From the human T2T-CHM13v2.0 reference genome, Homo sapiens, in NCBI RefSeq assembly GCF_009914755.1, contig NC_060932.1: a stretch of DNA of 64,000 nucleotides; one strand, written 5' to 3'. The position numbers were made by a program, and so were the translations under genes. Numbering within the stretch: position 1 is the first letter of the stretch; every line of letters starts with the position of its first letter. Shown piece after piece: positions 30,401-44,251 of the stretch. The notes beneath the pieces were generated by a model. The model saw only the letters and a program-made list of their open reading frames with translations, was not told the origin of the DNA and ran no database searches.

Positions 30401-31065
30401 TGTGGGGCTGAGGGAAAACCTTCCCTCCTCTCTCTGAAGGCTCACTGAAAATCAACTGACAAAAAGTAGATTAATAGGAGAAAAGGCATGCAAATGTATT
30501 AACGTGCACAGGGGAGAATCACAGAGTGATTACTCAATTACCCAGTGCAGTACAGAAGCTTATATATATCCTTCTTCAGAGGGGACGGGGGAGATGGAGA
30601 ATGTAGACAGTTCTTTTGAGGGACAGTAAATCACTAGGAAGAATGAATGGACCAGGGAGAAGGGAGGCCGACCTTAGGGAAAGATGAGGGATGAAGCTGC
30701 ACAGGAACACAGGTTGTCTTATTTTTTATACAAAGTCCCCCAGGTAATCTCTTGGAGCTGTCCTTAGAAGAATAGATGAAAAGTCTTTCTGGGCAGATGA
30801 TTCCAGTCTCTTCTCTGTTGGTTGGTCTTTCCTGGTTATTTGATGAGATCTCTAGGGAGGGAGTCTTAAGACAATCACATTTAAGCTTTCTTAGTCTGAT
30901 AGGAAAATTTAAAGAGTCTCTCTTGGTGCTTTGGAAAAGAGGGTCAGAGAGACAGGGAGACATGGAAAAGGTTAGAGAGAAACCCTGGTTCTGAGTCTTA
31001 TTTCTGAGGCCTTGCAATTTTCAAAGCACTCAGTATTTTGGGGAATTGTTTTCTGTGTCCCAACA
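30401..31065 (-). mobile_element. ERV1 solo LTR, MER34-like
   Basis: Minus strand begins tgttgggacacagaaaacaattccccaaaatactgagtgctttga and ends ...cagccccaca; shares its 3' part with the 47535-48172 LTR. Confidence 0.75.
30673..30864 (-). ncRNA. FER1L6-AS1: Predicted antisense exon exonised from an ERV1 LTR (TPSLEISS...SFPK)
   Basis: tgtcttaag| acceptor; AAG|gtcggc donor; 192 nt, in frame with the 32271 donor. Confidence 0.5.
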
Positions 31066-31159
31066 CTATTTAATGAAATTTTTATACAACATATTGAGTA
31101 CCAATTAGTAACCCTTATTCTAGAGGGCAGACAATATAAAAAAAGATAAAAAATAGGGT

Positions 31160-31706
31160 ACATAGTTATCTTTTACTGAGAAACAAATTTCCCCAAAACT
31201 CAGTGGCTTAACATCATAGTTATTATCTCACTGTTTCTGTGGGTCAGGGGTCCAGGTGTGGCTCAGCTGAGTCCTTTGGGTCAGAGTCTCTCCCTGGCTG
31301 CAGTCATATCAAGGTTCCAATGGGATGGATTCACTTCCAAGATCACTCACGTGGTTATTTGCAGAATTCAGTTTTTCATGGGCCATTGGGCTGAGGACTT
31401 CAATTTCTCACTAGCTGTTGGTTGGAGGCCACCCTCAATGCCTTGCCACGTGAGCCTCTCTAAGCTGCCTCTCATGACAGAGCAGCTGGCTTCATTAGAG
31501 CCAGCAAGCACAAAGAGTCAGAACATCCTAGCAAGACAGAAGTCAGAGTCTCCCATGCCTAGTCTTGGAAGTGACAGCCCATCACTCTTGACGGTTCTGT
31601 TAGAAGCAAGTCACTAGGCCCAGCCCACCTTCAAAGGGAGGGGATTACACAGTGGCATGAATTGCAGGAGGTAGGACTCACTGGAGCCATCTTAGAGGCT
31701 GCTGAC
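31160..31706 (-). mobile_element. MaLR LTR (MLT1F/G-like)
   Basis: ccccaaaactcagtggcttaa...tgtttctgtgggtcagg and ggagccatcttagaggct MLT1 signatures. Confidence 0.7.
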
Positions 31707-31960
31707 CCTTTAAGGAAACAACTTGGACTAACCCTTGAAATTAAGTAGTTTAAGATTTGAGCAAATATGAGAACTTGTCATAATGGAACTAATGGAAAAG
31801 GAGTGGAAATTCATCTGATGAGAGGCAGGGAGTAGCTGAATTCTGGTGTTCAGGTTTTTAAGTTCTGCCTCCCCAGTCTCTCAACTACTCTACAATTTTT
31901 ACTTCACAAAAAAAGTAAAGAAAAGAAATAGTTTTTGTTTCTTGTTTTTCATTATAAAAG

Positions 31961-31961
<1 letters not shown>

Positions 31962-32012
<51 letters not shown>
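31962..32012 (+). repeat. (TA)n microsatellite
   Basis: Direct reading; one G interruption. Confidence 0.97.
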
Positions 32013-32014
<2 letters not shown>

Positions 32015-32270
32015 TACTCCTGCTGTGAGCTGTTTAGTGCCACCTGCAATTCCCTTTAAGCATTTTTAAAAGCTTCACAATCCACACTTTTAGAAACTGT
32101 TTATGAGCAAATTAAAAGCTCAATAACTTCTCTATGTTAGGAGATTACTTGGGATGATAGCTAATCATTCCCCCTTTTTCAAGTTTACAACCAACTGAAA
32201 AAAATATTAGGATAAGACAGAGATAAAAATGTTAGTTTTATATCTGGAAAAGTTAGGTTTGAGAAAGCAC

Positions 32271-32440
32271 CTTGGACCCGAGGTCAAGGCAAGCTTCCTG
32301 TTCCCCCAAACTGTTCATGGCCAAGCAGCTCAACAGGGCTTCTCCCTCCATCTCACCCTTGCCCCTCACCAGGAGAGGGCACTTGCCATGTGACATGTGA
32401 AGGTAAGGGAGGATGTCCATAGCCAGCAGACAGGTTGGGT
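32271..32440 (-). ncRNA. FER1L6-AS1: Predicted antisense exon containing the ATG of MDILPYLH...LGSK; probably part of the antisense lncRNA FER1L6-AS1
   Basis: Minus-strand tttctgttcattcttcatctttcag| acceptor and AAG|gtgctt donor; the gene assignment is from recall that an antisense lncRNA overlaps this part of FER1L6. Confidence 0.6.
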
Positions 32441-33996
32441 CTGAAAGATGAAGAATGAACAGAAACATGTGCTATGGTCATTTACCCCAATGTTAACGAG
32501 GAAACAAATTATTTCTCCCTGTGGGGAAAGGAAAGGGATCAGAAGTGATTATGTCTACCTGCACTGATCCATTCTGGAGAGTGAAATGGAATTCCTTCTG
32601 CCACAAGAAAAGGCAGGAATGGGGCAACAAGATTCCCTCCTCAAAATATAATCCTTTTTATTCTTTTTAAAAAATTTAAAGAAAATGTAACATTACTAGT
32701 GTGTCCAAGGAGGATTTCTGGTGAGACTTTCAACTGCCAGTGGGTAGAGCCTGGTATGGGACCTTGGGCTGGGTGGTGTGGCATCTTAGACTTTCCTTTT
32801 TGTTTCCTTTATAATTGATTTTTTTCATCAGAAGTGCTCATCACTGAAATGATCATGCTCATCATTTAAAAAAAATAAATATACCAAGTAGGAAATTTCT
32901 TCTCAATTCTCTCTCCAAACCTACTCTCCAGTGAGAAGAGTTTGATTTGTCCTCCTGGACTTTTTTCTGTGCATTTGGGAACATACACCCTCATGTCCAC
33001 ACTCATACCATATTCCTTCACAAATGATATCACACATTTGCTCAGCAGGTTGCCTTTTCATTCAGCAAAATATCACAGGCATCTTTCTACAGGTGCACAT
33101 AATAGATATCCTGAATATTCAATTGCATGTATGTGTCATGATATATTTAACTAGTCCCTAATGACATTTAAGTTGTTCCCACTTATTTTGCTACTATGAA
33201 CAGTGCTACAATACATATGATTATGTAAACATAATCTTGTCAAATTGTTCAATTATTTTTGAAGGGTAAGAATTCTAGTGTAATTTAGTTTAATTTTGAA
33301 TCAAATTTAAATTTTGATAGGTGCTATCAAATAGCCTCTAAAACACTAAGAATTTACACCCACCTTCCATAGAGTAGAAGAGTGACTATCTCCCAACATC
33401 TTCACCAACTTTGAATATTATTCATTTTTATAGGTAAAATGTTATTAATTTTAATTTGCATTTAAGTTATCACTAGTGAGGGCAATATCTTATTTCCCCA
33501 AGCGTTTAGTCCATTTACATTTTTCTTCTTGAATGGCATTCACAATCTTTACTATTTTCCTATTTAACACATTTTTAACTTTACCTCCAAAAAATGTTAC
33601 TACTCAGTCTTTCCTATTGTTTTTAAATGGTGGGGACACATCTAGGTATTGAATCTAAAATATTTGTTTTACATACAACTTTTCAGCAAACTTTTGGTGT
33701 GTGTTAAATTTGTAAGATGAAGGAAAACAGTATTTTGTGGGTTTTGTTATGAATTTTTATAGCAATCACAATGGATTGTACTGAAAGAAAGTGGAAAAAA
33801 AAATCTGTTCCCCAAAACTAATGTTGGGTCTGGGCATCATTTCCAGTTATCATTTTGTCTCTTGGAAAAGTTAATACATAGTTGCTTAATCCTAAATTAA
33901 AAATATTGGTTTTATGGCTTCAAAAGCTTTCCACTGTATTGCAGAAACAATATTTGCAAACCTCTGGAATTATATAAATGGATTTTCACTAAGTAG

Positions 33997-34152
<156 letters not shown>

Positions 34153-35039
34153 TAAAAATAAACCTCACGGATGAGGCATAGGTCACAGACCAAATGAGGT
34201 TGAGGTTTAAAGGTCATACATTTTTGGGATGCAGAGACAAGAGTGAAAAGGGACTATTTGTTAAGTTGGAAAGAAATGAACATTTATTGAAGGTTTATAA
34301 GGATGAACTAGAAGCCCACTGGTCCTACTTCCTACTCTGATGGAGAATAGGTGACCTCTTGCTCATTTTCTTGACCTTCATATTTTGTTAAAGGCGGTAG
34401 ACTCGCTTGGCCCTCTGACTCACAAGTCAAGAGATCAAAAGAAATAACTATGCTCCTTGACTTCAGGTTCCTCCTATTGAGAATTGTGTTAAAATTTAAA
34501 AGTGCTTCTTGAGAGCAGGTCAGTAGTTGTTACCCCTCTGTGTCCTGGGAACCTGCATGTGCTAGGTGCCTAACAGTTGCTCAGTTCTTCTTCAGTGACT
34601 GGTGACTAGAATTGCCAGACCAAGTCAGGCCCTGGATTATCTCAATTGAAAATGTCAGTGCCAGCAAGGGCACCAAGGGACATTTCATGTGAGGCCAGGA
34701 TAATTCTGCAAAGAAAAATTACTCAGTGCTTGACTTCTCAGGGACATTTTAAAGTATGAGTGGGACTCAGAGATATTAAATGACTTTTTCTAAAGATCAC
34801 AGCCAGTTAACTGTAATCCAAAAACTAAAACCCAGGTCTCCTAACTCCTCATCCATCCTTCGTCCCAGAATGCTTCTTTTCTGTCCTCTGGAACATTTCA
34901 GGGAGGCTAGATTCCCACCATCAATAAGACCTTCTTCCTATGCTGGCTTTTCTCAGCACCTCTGGCTGAAGTGCTATCTCTGCAGCTTCCCTCTACTCCA
35001 TGTTTTCTGCAGAGTTCTGTCTTCACATTGTCTGACAGC

Positions 35040-36360
35040 CCTTGGCCTGATTATTTCAATATCTTTTTTTAGTGGCCTAGGTCTCCCTCCTCATCTCTAG
35101 ACCTGCATTTCCAGCCTCCTAATGGGCATCTCCATGCTTATCTCACATCACTCCAAACTCTGAGCCCATCACCTTATCTCAACTTGTTCCACATCCTGCA
35201 TTGGCACTGCCAGCTAGACTTACTGCTCAAACAAGAAGGCTAAGTTTCAACATTGGCTCTTTATCTCTCACCTTAAGTAGCCATTTGAATACTAGGTCCT
35301 GCAGATTCTGCCTCTTAATGACTCTGGAACGAACTCCACTTCTTCATCTTCAGAGTCACTGTCTAAACTGAGTTTCTTAGCACCTCTGTTCTAGAGTATG
35401 GCAAAAGTCTTCCTCTAATCCATCTTCTGTATTACAACCAGCATGGTCTTTCTAAAACACAAGCCTGATTAGATCATTATTGTTTAAAAAAATCACTGGG
35501 TTATCTCAATCATTCATAGGATAAAATCTAAATCCCTTTTGCATGATACATTGGGCTATTTACTATCTGGTCCCAACCTAGCATCCCAACCTTATCCGTC
35601 TTTAGTTCGTTCCTATGTATCTATGCTCTGACAATTTTGAATCCTTGATGATTATGTATATTCATATGTAACTCTTCCCTCTGTCTTCTTACTCTCTGAT
35701 GAATTCTATTCACATTTTAAAATTCAGCTCAAATGTCATATTCTCCAGGTAACCAGCTTTGCCCCTGTCTAGTACCACAGTGCTTCATACATTTTAATTA
35801 TGTGCATGTATTGTTTTCACCTCACCATGTATTGTTTTCACCTCGCCAAACTGTCAATGTCTCAGGAAAATAAAGCATTATTTCTTCTCCCTGTCCCAGA
35901 CCTGGGCTCCAAGCATAGTGCCTGGTGTATAACATTAGCAGAGGCTTCCTATGTGCCACACACTCCTCTAGATGCTGGGAACAAAGCTAGAAGAACGTGG
36001 TGCTTGTCCTTGAGGAATTTCTAGATTGAGTAGTTCATTCATTCCATAAACATTTATTTAACACCTATGTGCCAGGAGCTCTGTTAGACACTGAGCATAC
36101 AATAAGGACAAGACAGAGGAGGTCCTTGTCCTACTGAAGTTTACACATTAATGATTAAGACAGAAGATAGATAGGTAAACAGAAAATACATAAAAATTAT
36201 TACAGATTGTGATTCAAAAGGAAATTCTAAGAAGCCACTGGGATCAGGAAAACATGGGGGAATGTAATACAGTGGTGACATTTAAGTTGAGGCCTGAAAG
36301 ATGAGAAGAAACCAGCCATGTAGAGTCTAGGAAGAACATTTGAGCAAGAGGAAACACCAG
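35040..36360. mobile_element. Degenerate L2 fragments in both orientations
   Basis: ttcattcattc...aacatttatt...tgtgccagg and gcatctcca...ctcaaact L2 motifs. Confidence 0.55.
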
Positions 36361-36370
36361 GCATACCAGC

Positions 36371-36732
36371 TAATATGGTTTGGCTGTGTCCCCACCCAAA
36401 TCTCATCTTGAGCTCTCACGTGTTGTGGGAGGGATCTGCTGGGAGGTAATTGAATCATGGGGGCAGGTCTTCCCATGCTGTTTTCATGATAGTGAATAAG
36501 TCTCATCAGATCTGATGGTTTATAAAGGGTAGTTTCCCTGCACAAGCTCTGTTTATTTGCCTGCTGCCATCCATGTAAGACGTGACTTGCTCCTCCTTGC
36601 CTTCCCCATGATTCTCCCCATGAGTCCTCCCCAGCCATGTAGAACTGTGAGTTCTCCATTAAACCTCTTTCCTTTATAAATTACCCAGTCTTGGATATGT
36701 CTTTATTAGCAGCACGAGAACAGACTAATACA
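36371..36732 (+). mobile_element. THE1 (MaLR) solo LTR
   Basis: atatggtttggctgtgtccccacccaaatctcatcttg...cagactaataca; TSD ccagc/ccggc; TATAAA at 36521. Confidence 0.92.
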
Positions 36733-37286
36733 CCGGCTTTAGGATGGACAAAGTTTGTCATGTTCTAGGGCTTCTGAGGACCAGTGTGCCTGAGGCACAG
36801 TGAGTGAGGAAGGAATATTATAAGATGAAGCAGACAGTGGCAGGGCCAATGCACACAGGGCCTTAGAAGTCACTGTAAATATTTTTTTTCCCTAAGCACA
36901 TAAATGTGAGCTGAACAAATGAATCAAAATAAACACTTTTGGGTTTTCCAACCACTTATACTGAGCTTTCTGGCAGCATTTCTCATACGATGTCTTCTTG
37001 GTCTGAAAGCAGCAACCATACCTCTGGGAAGAGGTGGTGAGTGCAGTGGTTAAGCATGTAGACTCTGGATGCAGCTGGGGGTCAGCTCTGGCTCTGCCAT
37101 TCAGTAGCTGCGTTACTGCTTCCTCAGCTGTAAAATGGGAAAAATAGAACCTACCTCATAAGGCTGTTATGAGGAGTAACAAAGGATTAATACAGTGGTT
37201 AGAATGTTGCCTGGCACAGAGGAACAGCTCAGTACACCTTAAGCTGCTATTATCATAGCAGTTGTTGTTAAATATCAGAAAGCCTG

Positions 37287-37660
37287 TGTGTTAGTCTGTT
37301 CTCACGCTGCTAATAAAGACATACCCAAGACTGGGTAATTATAAAGGAAAGAGGTTTAATTGACGCACAGTTCCACATGGCTAAGAGGCCATGGTGGCCT
37401 CCAGTCATGGTGGAAGGCAAGGAGGAGCAAGTCACATCTTACATGGTGGCAGGCAAGAGAAGTGCCAAGCAAAAGGGGGAAAAGCTTCTTATAAAACTAT
37501 CAGATCTCATGAGAACCTTACTCACTATCACGAGAACAAAATAAGGGTAAACACCTCCATGATTAAATTACCTCCCACTGGGTCCCTCCTATGATATGTG
37601 GGGATCATGGGAATTACAGTTCAAGATGAAATTTGGGTGGGACACAGCCAAACCATGTCA
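37287..37660 (-). mobile_element. THE1 (MaLR) solo LTR
   Basis: Reverse-complement THE1 ends; TSD gcctg/gcttg. Confidence 0.92.
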
Positions 37661-37947
37661 GCTTGGATTCAGGTGCTGGTTAATAAGCCATGTGACCTTG
37701 ATAAACCTGTAGCCTTTCTGGGCTTCAGCTTCTCATCTGTCAAGCAGAGGTGAGATGATATTACGGCCTCCATAATCCTGTGAAATTTCCACCAAGGAGG
37801 CAGCATGCACGGTGGCAGACCCTGGAACAGTCCACATGAGTGACTCAGTGTGGAGCTCACCAGGACCTTCAGGTCTCTTCAGCAACAGGACGCTGCTTGT
37901 TGTCCAGATCTCTCGAAAGACCCACACTGACTCTTGTCTTGTTTTAG

Positions 37948-38103
<156 letters not shown>

Positions 38104-39303
38104 TAGATGGAATGTCTTCCAGGGAGGTTTGAATGGTTGGTACGGGTGAAATATGAATCAATGTTTTTCTCCCCAGCCCTAGTGGGCTACGCAGGCACTC
38201 CTAGTTTAGAGAAGAGATTTTTAAATTAAACCAAACAAGTACAGCTTTATTCATTTTTTTTTTCACAAAGCCTGAACATTCAGCAAAATAAAAGGCACAT
38301 TCGCTAATGGGCTCAAGTGAAGTCAACGTAAGCCCAGGAACTTTGATAGGTTTTCAACTATAAAAGGATTTAAATTCGTGCCCAGTAAAGGGCACGGCAG
38401 CTTCTGATTTTAAAGTTAGTTGTAAACGGTGTCTTCTGGTGACTTCTAGAATGACCTGTTTAAAAACGGCCCTCATATTTGCATCTGTCAGATACTGACA
38501 CTCGTTCTTGAAGCTTGCAAATGTGTAGAAACTTCTAAAACAGGGTTTGATGTGGGAAGATTTCAGGAAGCGAGATTTACTGCTTCTGTTTTTCTTGAAA
38601 GTTGTAGTTCTTGTTGCAAATCAGTCATTCCCTGGAGGCATATTACTCGGTGAGACAGGCAGTCAGTAGACATAGGAATTTGAATAAGCACTCAGAAGAG
38701 AGAAGGGATGTCCTCTTTGGGGATTAGTTTTACCTGATCACTAGGGATTGGAAAGACAGAGCATCTGCTTCCAGTCCAGGAATGTCAAACCCTTGTTTAA
38801 AACAATATACTTCCTTTTTGTTTTGAGAGTTTTGTTTGTTCAGAAATGTGAATTTCAAACACCCATAACATAATGGGCCACTTGGCATGGAATTCTACTC
38901 TTCCTATCTTAATTAATTCGACTTTAAATTCTAATTTCCTGTGCAATTTAGCTGAGTTCCTGCTGAATAACCACTTAAAATGGAACTAAAATATCTTGCA
39001 ATCATATTATAGGTACACAGTTCCTTGTAGAAATACTTGCCTAAGAGCAAGTGTAAGGAAAGTCATTCAAAGACATTCATAGATTTTTGTTTTTGTTGTT
39101 TCATTTGAATATTCTGGAAATGTTATCTGACTCTGAGCAGTGCTTAAAACTAAATCATTATTACAAGATTGGAAAAAAAATCCATGGGAAGTTGTGCAAA
39201 AGTGTTTGTCCTGCAGATGAGAAAAGGCTACCAAAGATGCCAAATCACAGATCCAGCTTGCATGTTCTCATATGAGCAATTTGGCATGTGGGTTTGTAGG
39301 CAC

Positions 39304-39602
39304 TTTATTTATTTTTTTGAGATGGAGTCTTGCTCTGTCTCCCAGGCTGGAGTGCAGTGGCATGATCTCGGCTCACTGCAACCTCCTCCGCCTCCTGGGT
39401 TCAAGCGATTCTTCTGCCTCAGCCTCCTGAGTAGCTGAAACTATAGGCAAGTGTCACTACGCCCAGCTAATTTTTGTATTTTTTAGTAGAGATGTGGTTT
39501 CACCATATTGGCCAGGATGATCTCGAACTCCTGACCTCATGATCCACGTGCCTTGGCCTTCCAAAGTGCTGGGATTACAGGCATGAGCCACTGCCGCCCA
39601 GC
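39304..39602 (-). mobile_element. AluS
   Basis: Reverse-complement Alu dimer. Confidence 0.92.
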
Positions 39603-39681
39603 TGTATGCACTTTTAACTCATGACCTAAGTAAGGCTTTCTCTTCTCTAGGAAACTGCACTTAATTTGCTTGATGGCATAA

Positions 39682-40005
<324 letters not shown>

Positions 40006-40257
40006 TAAAAGAAGGGAGATTTCTGTTTCTCTAGGGTGGCTCAGACTTTCTAGTGTGTGTCCATGGCTCTGACCATTCCCCAGTGCTTTCAAAGGTAGGA
40101 GGACAACTAGAACACCTTGGTGCCTCTTGGTTCAAATTGCAATTCAGTAGACCACCTTTAGGTGGAATTTTTTCAGTTTTTTTAACTGTTACATCACCAG
40201 ACACACATAAGTTTCTTTTTTTAATCTAATGGGTTACTTCAATTTTTACCTCTTTGA

Positions 40258-40582
<325 letters not shown>

Positions 40583-40584
40583 AA

Positions 40585-42242
40585 TTTTTTTTTTTTTTAT
40601 TTCAGTAGCTTTAGGGTTACAAGTGGTTTGTGATTACATGGATAAGTTGAATAGTGGTGAAATCCAGAATTTCAGTGTAACTGTCACCTGAGTAGTGTAC
40701 AATGTATGAATAGGTAGTTTTTTGTCCCTCATCCCCATCCCACCCTCCCCCTTTCTGAGTTTTCAGTGTCCTTTATACCACTCTGTATGACTTTTCATAC
40801 CCATAGCTTAGTTCCTGCTTATAAGTGAGAACATACAGTATTTGGTTTTCCATTCTTGAGTTACTTCACTTAGAATAAGTAATGGCCTCCAGCTCAATTC
40901 AAGTTGCTGCAAAAGACATTATTTCGTTCTTTTTATGACTGAGTCATATTTCATGGTGTATATATATCACATTTTCTTAATCCAGTCATCAGGCAATGGA
41001 CACTTATGTTGTTGATTCCATATCTTTGCAATTTTGAATTGTGCTACAATAAACATATACGTGCTGGTGTCTTTTTGATCTTTTTCTTTGGGTAGATACC
41101 CAATAGTGGGTAGTGGGATTGCTGGGTTGAATGGCAGATCTATTTTTAGTTCTTTGAGAAATCTCCATACTGTTTTCCGTAGAGGTTGTGCTAATTTACA
41201 GTCCCATCAGCAGTATAAAAGCATTCCTTTTTAGCTGCATCCATGCCAACATCTATTGTTTTTTGACTTTTTAATAATGGCCATTCTAGCTGGGGTAAGG
41301 TGGTATCTCAATCATTGTTTTAATTTGCATTTCCCTGATGATTAGTGATGTTGAGCATTTTTTTCATGTTTGTTGGCCATTTGTATATTTTTTCTGGGAG
41401 GTGTCTATTCATGTCTTTTATGCAGTTTTTAATGGAATTATTTTTTTATGTTGATTTGTTTGAGTTCCTTGTAGATTCTGGATATTAGTCCTTTATGGAA
41501 TGCATAATTTGCAAATCTTTTCTCCCATTCTCTAGGTTTCTGTTTACTCTGATGATTCTTTGGCTGTGCAGAAGCTTTTTAGTTTAATTAGGTACAATTT
41601 ATTTATGTTTTTGTTGCATTTGTTTTTGGTGTCTTAGTCATAAATTCTTTGCCAGAAGAGTTTTTTTCTAGGTTTTCTTCCAGAGTTTTTATGGTTTCAG
41701 GTCTCAGATTTAAGTCTTTAATCCATCTTGAGTTAATTTTTTTGTATATGGTGAGAAATAGAGATCCAGGTTCATTCTTCTACATGTGGCTATCTCATTT
41801 TCCCAGTACCATTTATTGATAAGGCATCCTTTCTCCAATTTGTGTTTTTGTATAGTTTGCTGAAGATCAGTTGGTTATAAATATTTGACTTCATTTCTAG
41901 GTTCTCTATTCTATTCCACTGGCCTATATATCTACTTTTATAGCAGTACCATGTTGTTTTGGTAACTATAGCCTTGTATAATTTGAAGTCAGGTAATGTG
42001 ATGCCTCTAGATTTGTTCTTTTTCTTTAGGATTGCTTTGGCAATTTGGGCTCTTTTTTGGCTCCATATGAATTTTAGGATAGTTTTTTCTAATTCTGTAA
42101 AAAATGACGTTGGTATTTTGATAGGAAGGGCATTGAATCTGTTGATTGTTTGGGGCAGTATGCTTATTTTCATGATATTGATTCTTCCAATCCATGAGCA
42201 TGGGAGGTATTTGCATTTGTTTGTGTCATCTATGATTTCTTA
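40585..42242 (-). mobile_element. 5'-truncated L1PB-type element
   Basis: L1 3'UTR and ORF2 C-terminal remnant (41790-42173). Confidence 0.88.
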
Positions 42243-43213
42243 GAATGAACATTTTTCTATCAGTTTCCTCATTACCTTTTCACTTGTGTAATTTGTCCAT
42301 GGCATCTTCTCACATGAGTTAATCTGTATTTTAAAATAGCTTCAAAGAAAATTAGAAGAAGGACAGAACAGCTAGTTCAGGATTCCTTGTGACTTTAAAT
42401 TGTAAAAATATAAAATTTTCAACTGGGGGGTCCTGCACCCTTCATCAAGACAGAGTCCCCAGATGCCTTCTGGGTGGGCCCTTATAGACATGTATCTCTG
42501 GACAGATTCTACTGTCTCTAACTCAAGATTTGAGCTTTGCTTGGAGGCCCTGGGTATTTTACCTCCACTACAAATACATTTTTATTCCAGTGAGTAGAAA
42601 TGAATGAATAAGAGGAAAATGTGTCCAAAGCCTTTACCCCCACCAGCAACTGACTAGAGTACAAGTTGACTGATTAACTTTTCCTAACTCATAGCTGACT
42701 GTCCTCCCAATATCAGTTCTGGTTTCTTGCTATAAAATAATTATTCCTTTACTAACTCAGGGAGGGTGAAAAGGCTCAAAATCATGCCATAGAGGAACAG
42801 GTAAAGAGATAGCAGTTCTTAGCTGAGGAGATTTGACAGCATGAGAATGTAGTTTCAGTGTTTGTGGGGCAGTATATAGATGGAGGGGAGGTATAGGAGA
42901 GAGAGAGATCCAGCAGGTAAAATCAGGCCCTACAAAGACATTACAGGGAAATAGTTTCCTCAATGGAAGTCCATAATGCATTCCTCATCCTTAGAGGTGT
43001 TAACACACCCTGGGCAACTATTTGATACAAACGTGGCAGCCGGTAGCTAAATTAAATAGCCTCTAAATGCTGTCTAACCTCAAGAGTTTACTATAGAGGT
43101 GATTTATTTTTAAATGTTGCAGACAGAAGGGCCCTATTATTAAGCATAAGAAGCAGTGTGGGATAATGGTTTAAAGCATGGACTTTGAAATAAGGTGAAT
43201 TTGGGCTGGAATT

Positions 43214-43649
43214 TGTATTAGATCACTAGGGCTACTGTAACAAAGTAGCATAAACTGACTGGCTTAAACAACAGAGATATATTATCTCATGGTTCTGAAG
43301 GTTAGAAGTCCTAGGTCAAGGTGTTGGCAGGGCCACGTTCCCTTGAAGGTATTAGGGAAGAGCATGTTCCAGGCCTCTCTTCTAGCTTCTGGTTGGTTCC
43401 ATGGCTTTTACTAGAATGGCGCCAATCTCCATATGACATTCTTCCTCTGTGTCTGTCCCTTCATATGATATTATTTTTGTGACTCCAGTCATATGGGATT
43501 AGGGACCTACCCTACTCCAGTACAATGTCATTTTAACTTAACTAATTATATCTGCATTGATCCTATTTCCAAATAAGGTCATATTTTGGGTGTTGGGGAT
43601 TAGAACTTCAACATAAAAATTTTGTGGGACCACAATTCAACCCATAACA
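43214..43649 (-). mobile_element. MaLR LTR (MLT1C-like) inserted in a MIR
   Basis: tgtattag...ccataaca termini; 5-bp TSD gaatt. Confidence 0.85.
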
Positions 43650-43957
43650 GAATTCCAGGGCCAATATATACTAGTTGTATGACCTTGGGCAATTTAACAT
43701 TCTTCAACTTTCAAATGGATAAAGAATGTTCATCCTATCTTTCATTCATTAAATGGAGATCATGGTGAGGAAAAAGTGAATAAATGCAAGTAAAGAACAT
43801 GTAGTTGTGCCTCACAGAGTAATCACTCAATAAATGCTGGCATTTGAACAACTAGACATCCACATTCCCAGAGGACATTGCTGTAATTTTGTCCCCCTCA
43901 TGTCCAGCGAGTTGTCTGAGGCTCTCCGTGTTATTTTCTGTCATGTATGTAAAATGA

Positions 43958-44251
43958 TTTTGTTTTAGAGACAGCACCTTATTCTATTGCCAAGTCTGGA
44001 GTGCAGTGATAAAATCACAGCTCACTGTAGCCTTGAACTCCTAGGCTCAAGCAATCCTCCCACCTTAGCCTCCTGAATAGCTAGGTCGACAGGCATGTGC
44101 CACCACATCTGGCTAATTTTTATTTCTCATAGAGATGGGATCTTACTATGTAACCCAGGCTTATCTCAAACTCCTGGCCTCAAGTGATTCCTCTGCCTTC
44201 CTTGGCCTCCCAAAGCACTGAGATTACAGACGAGAGCCATTGTGCCTGGCC
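43958..44251 (-). mobile_element. AluJ
   Basis: Diverged reverse-complement Alu dimer; taaaatg flanks. Confidence 0.88.

Noticed and set aside
35805-35844. 21-bp tandem duplication catgtattgttttcacctc
   Set aside because: Ordinary slippage event in decayed repeat sequence
38200-38560. Possible intronic enhancer (ATTTGCAT at 38477, forkhead-like cores)
   Set aside because: Short motifs expected by chance; no conservation or chromatin data available
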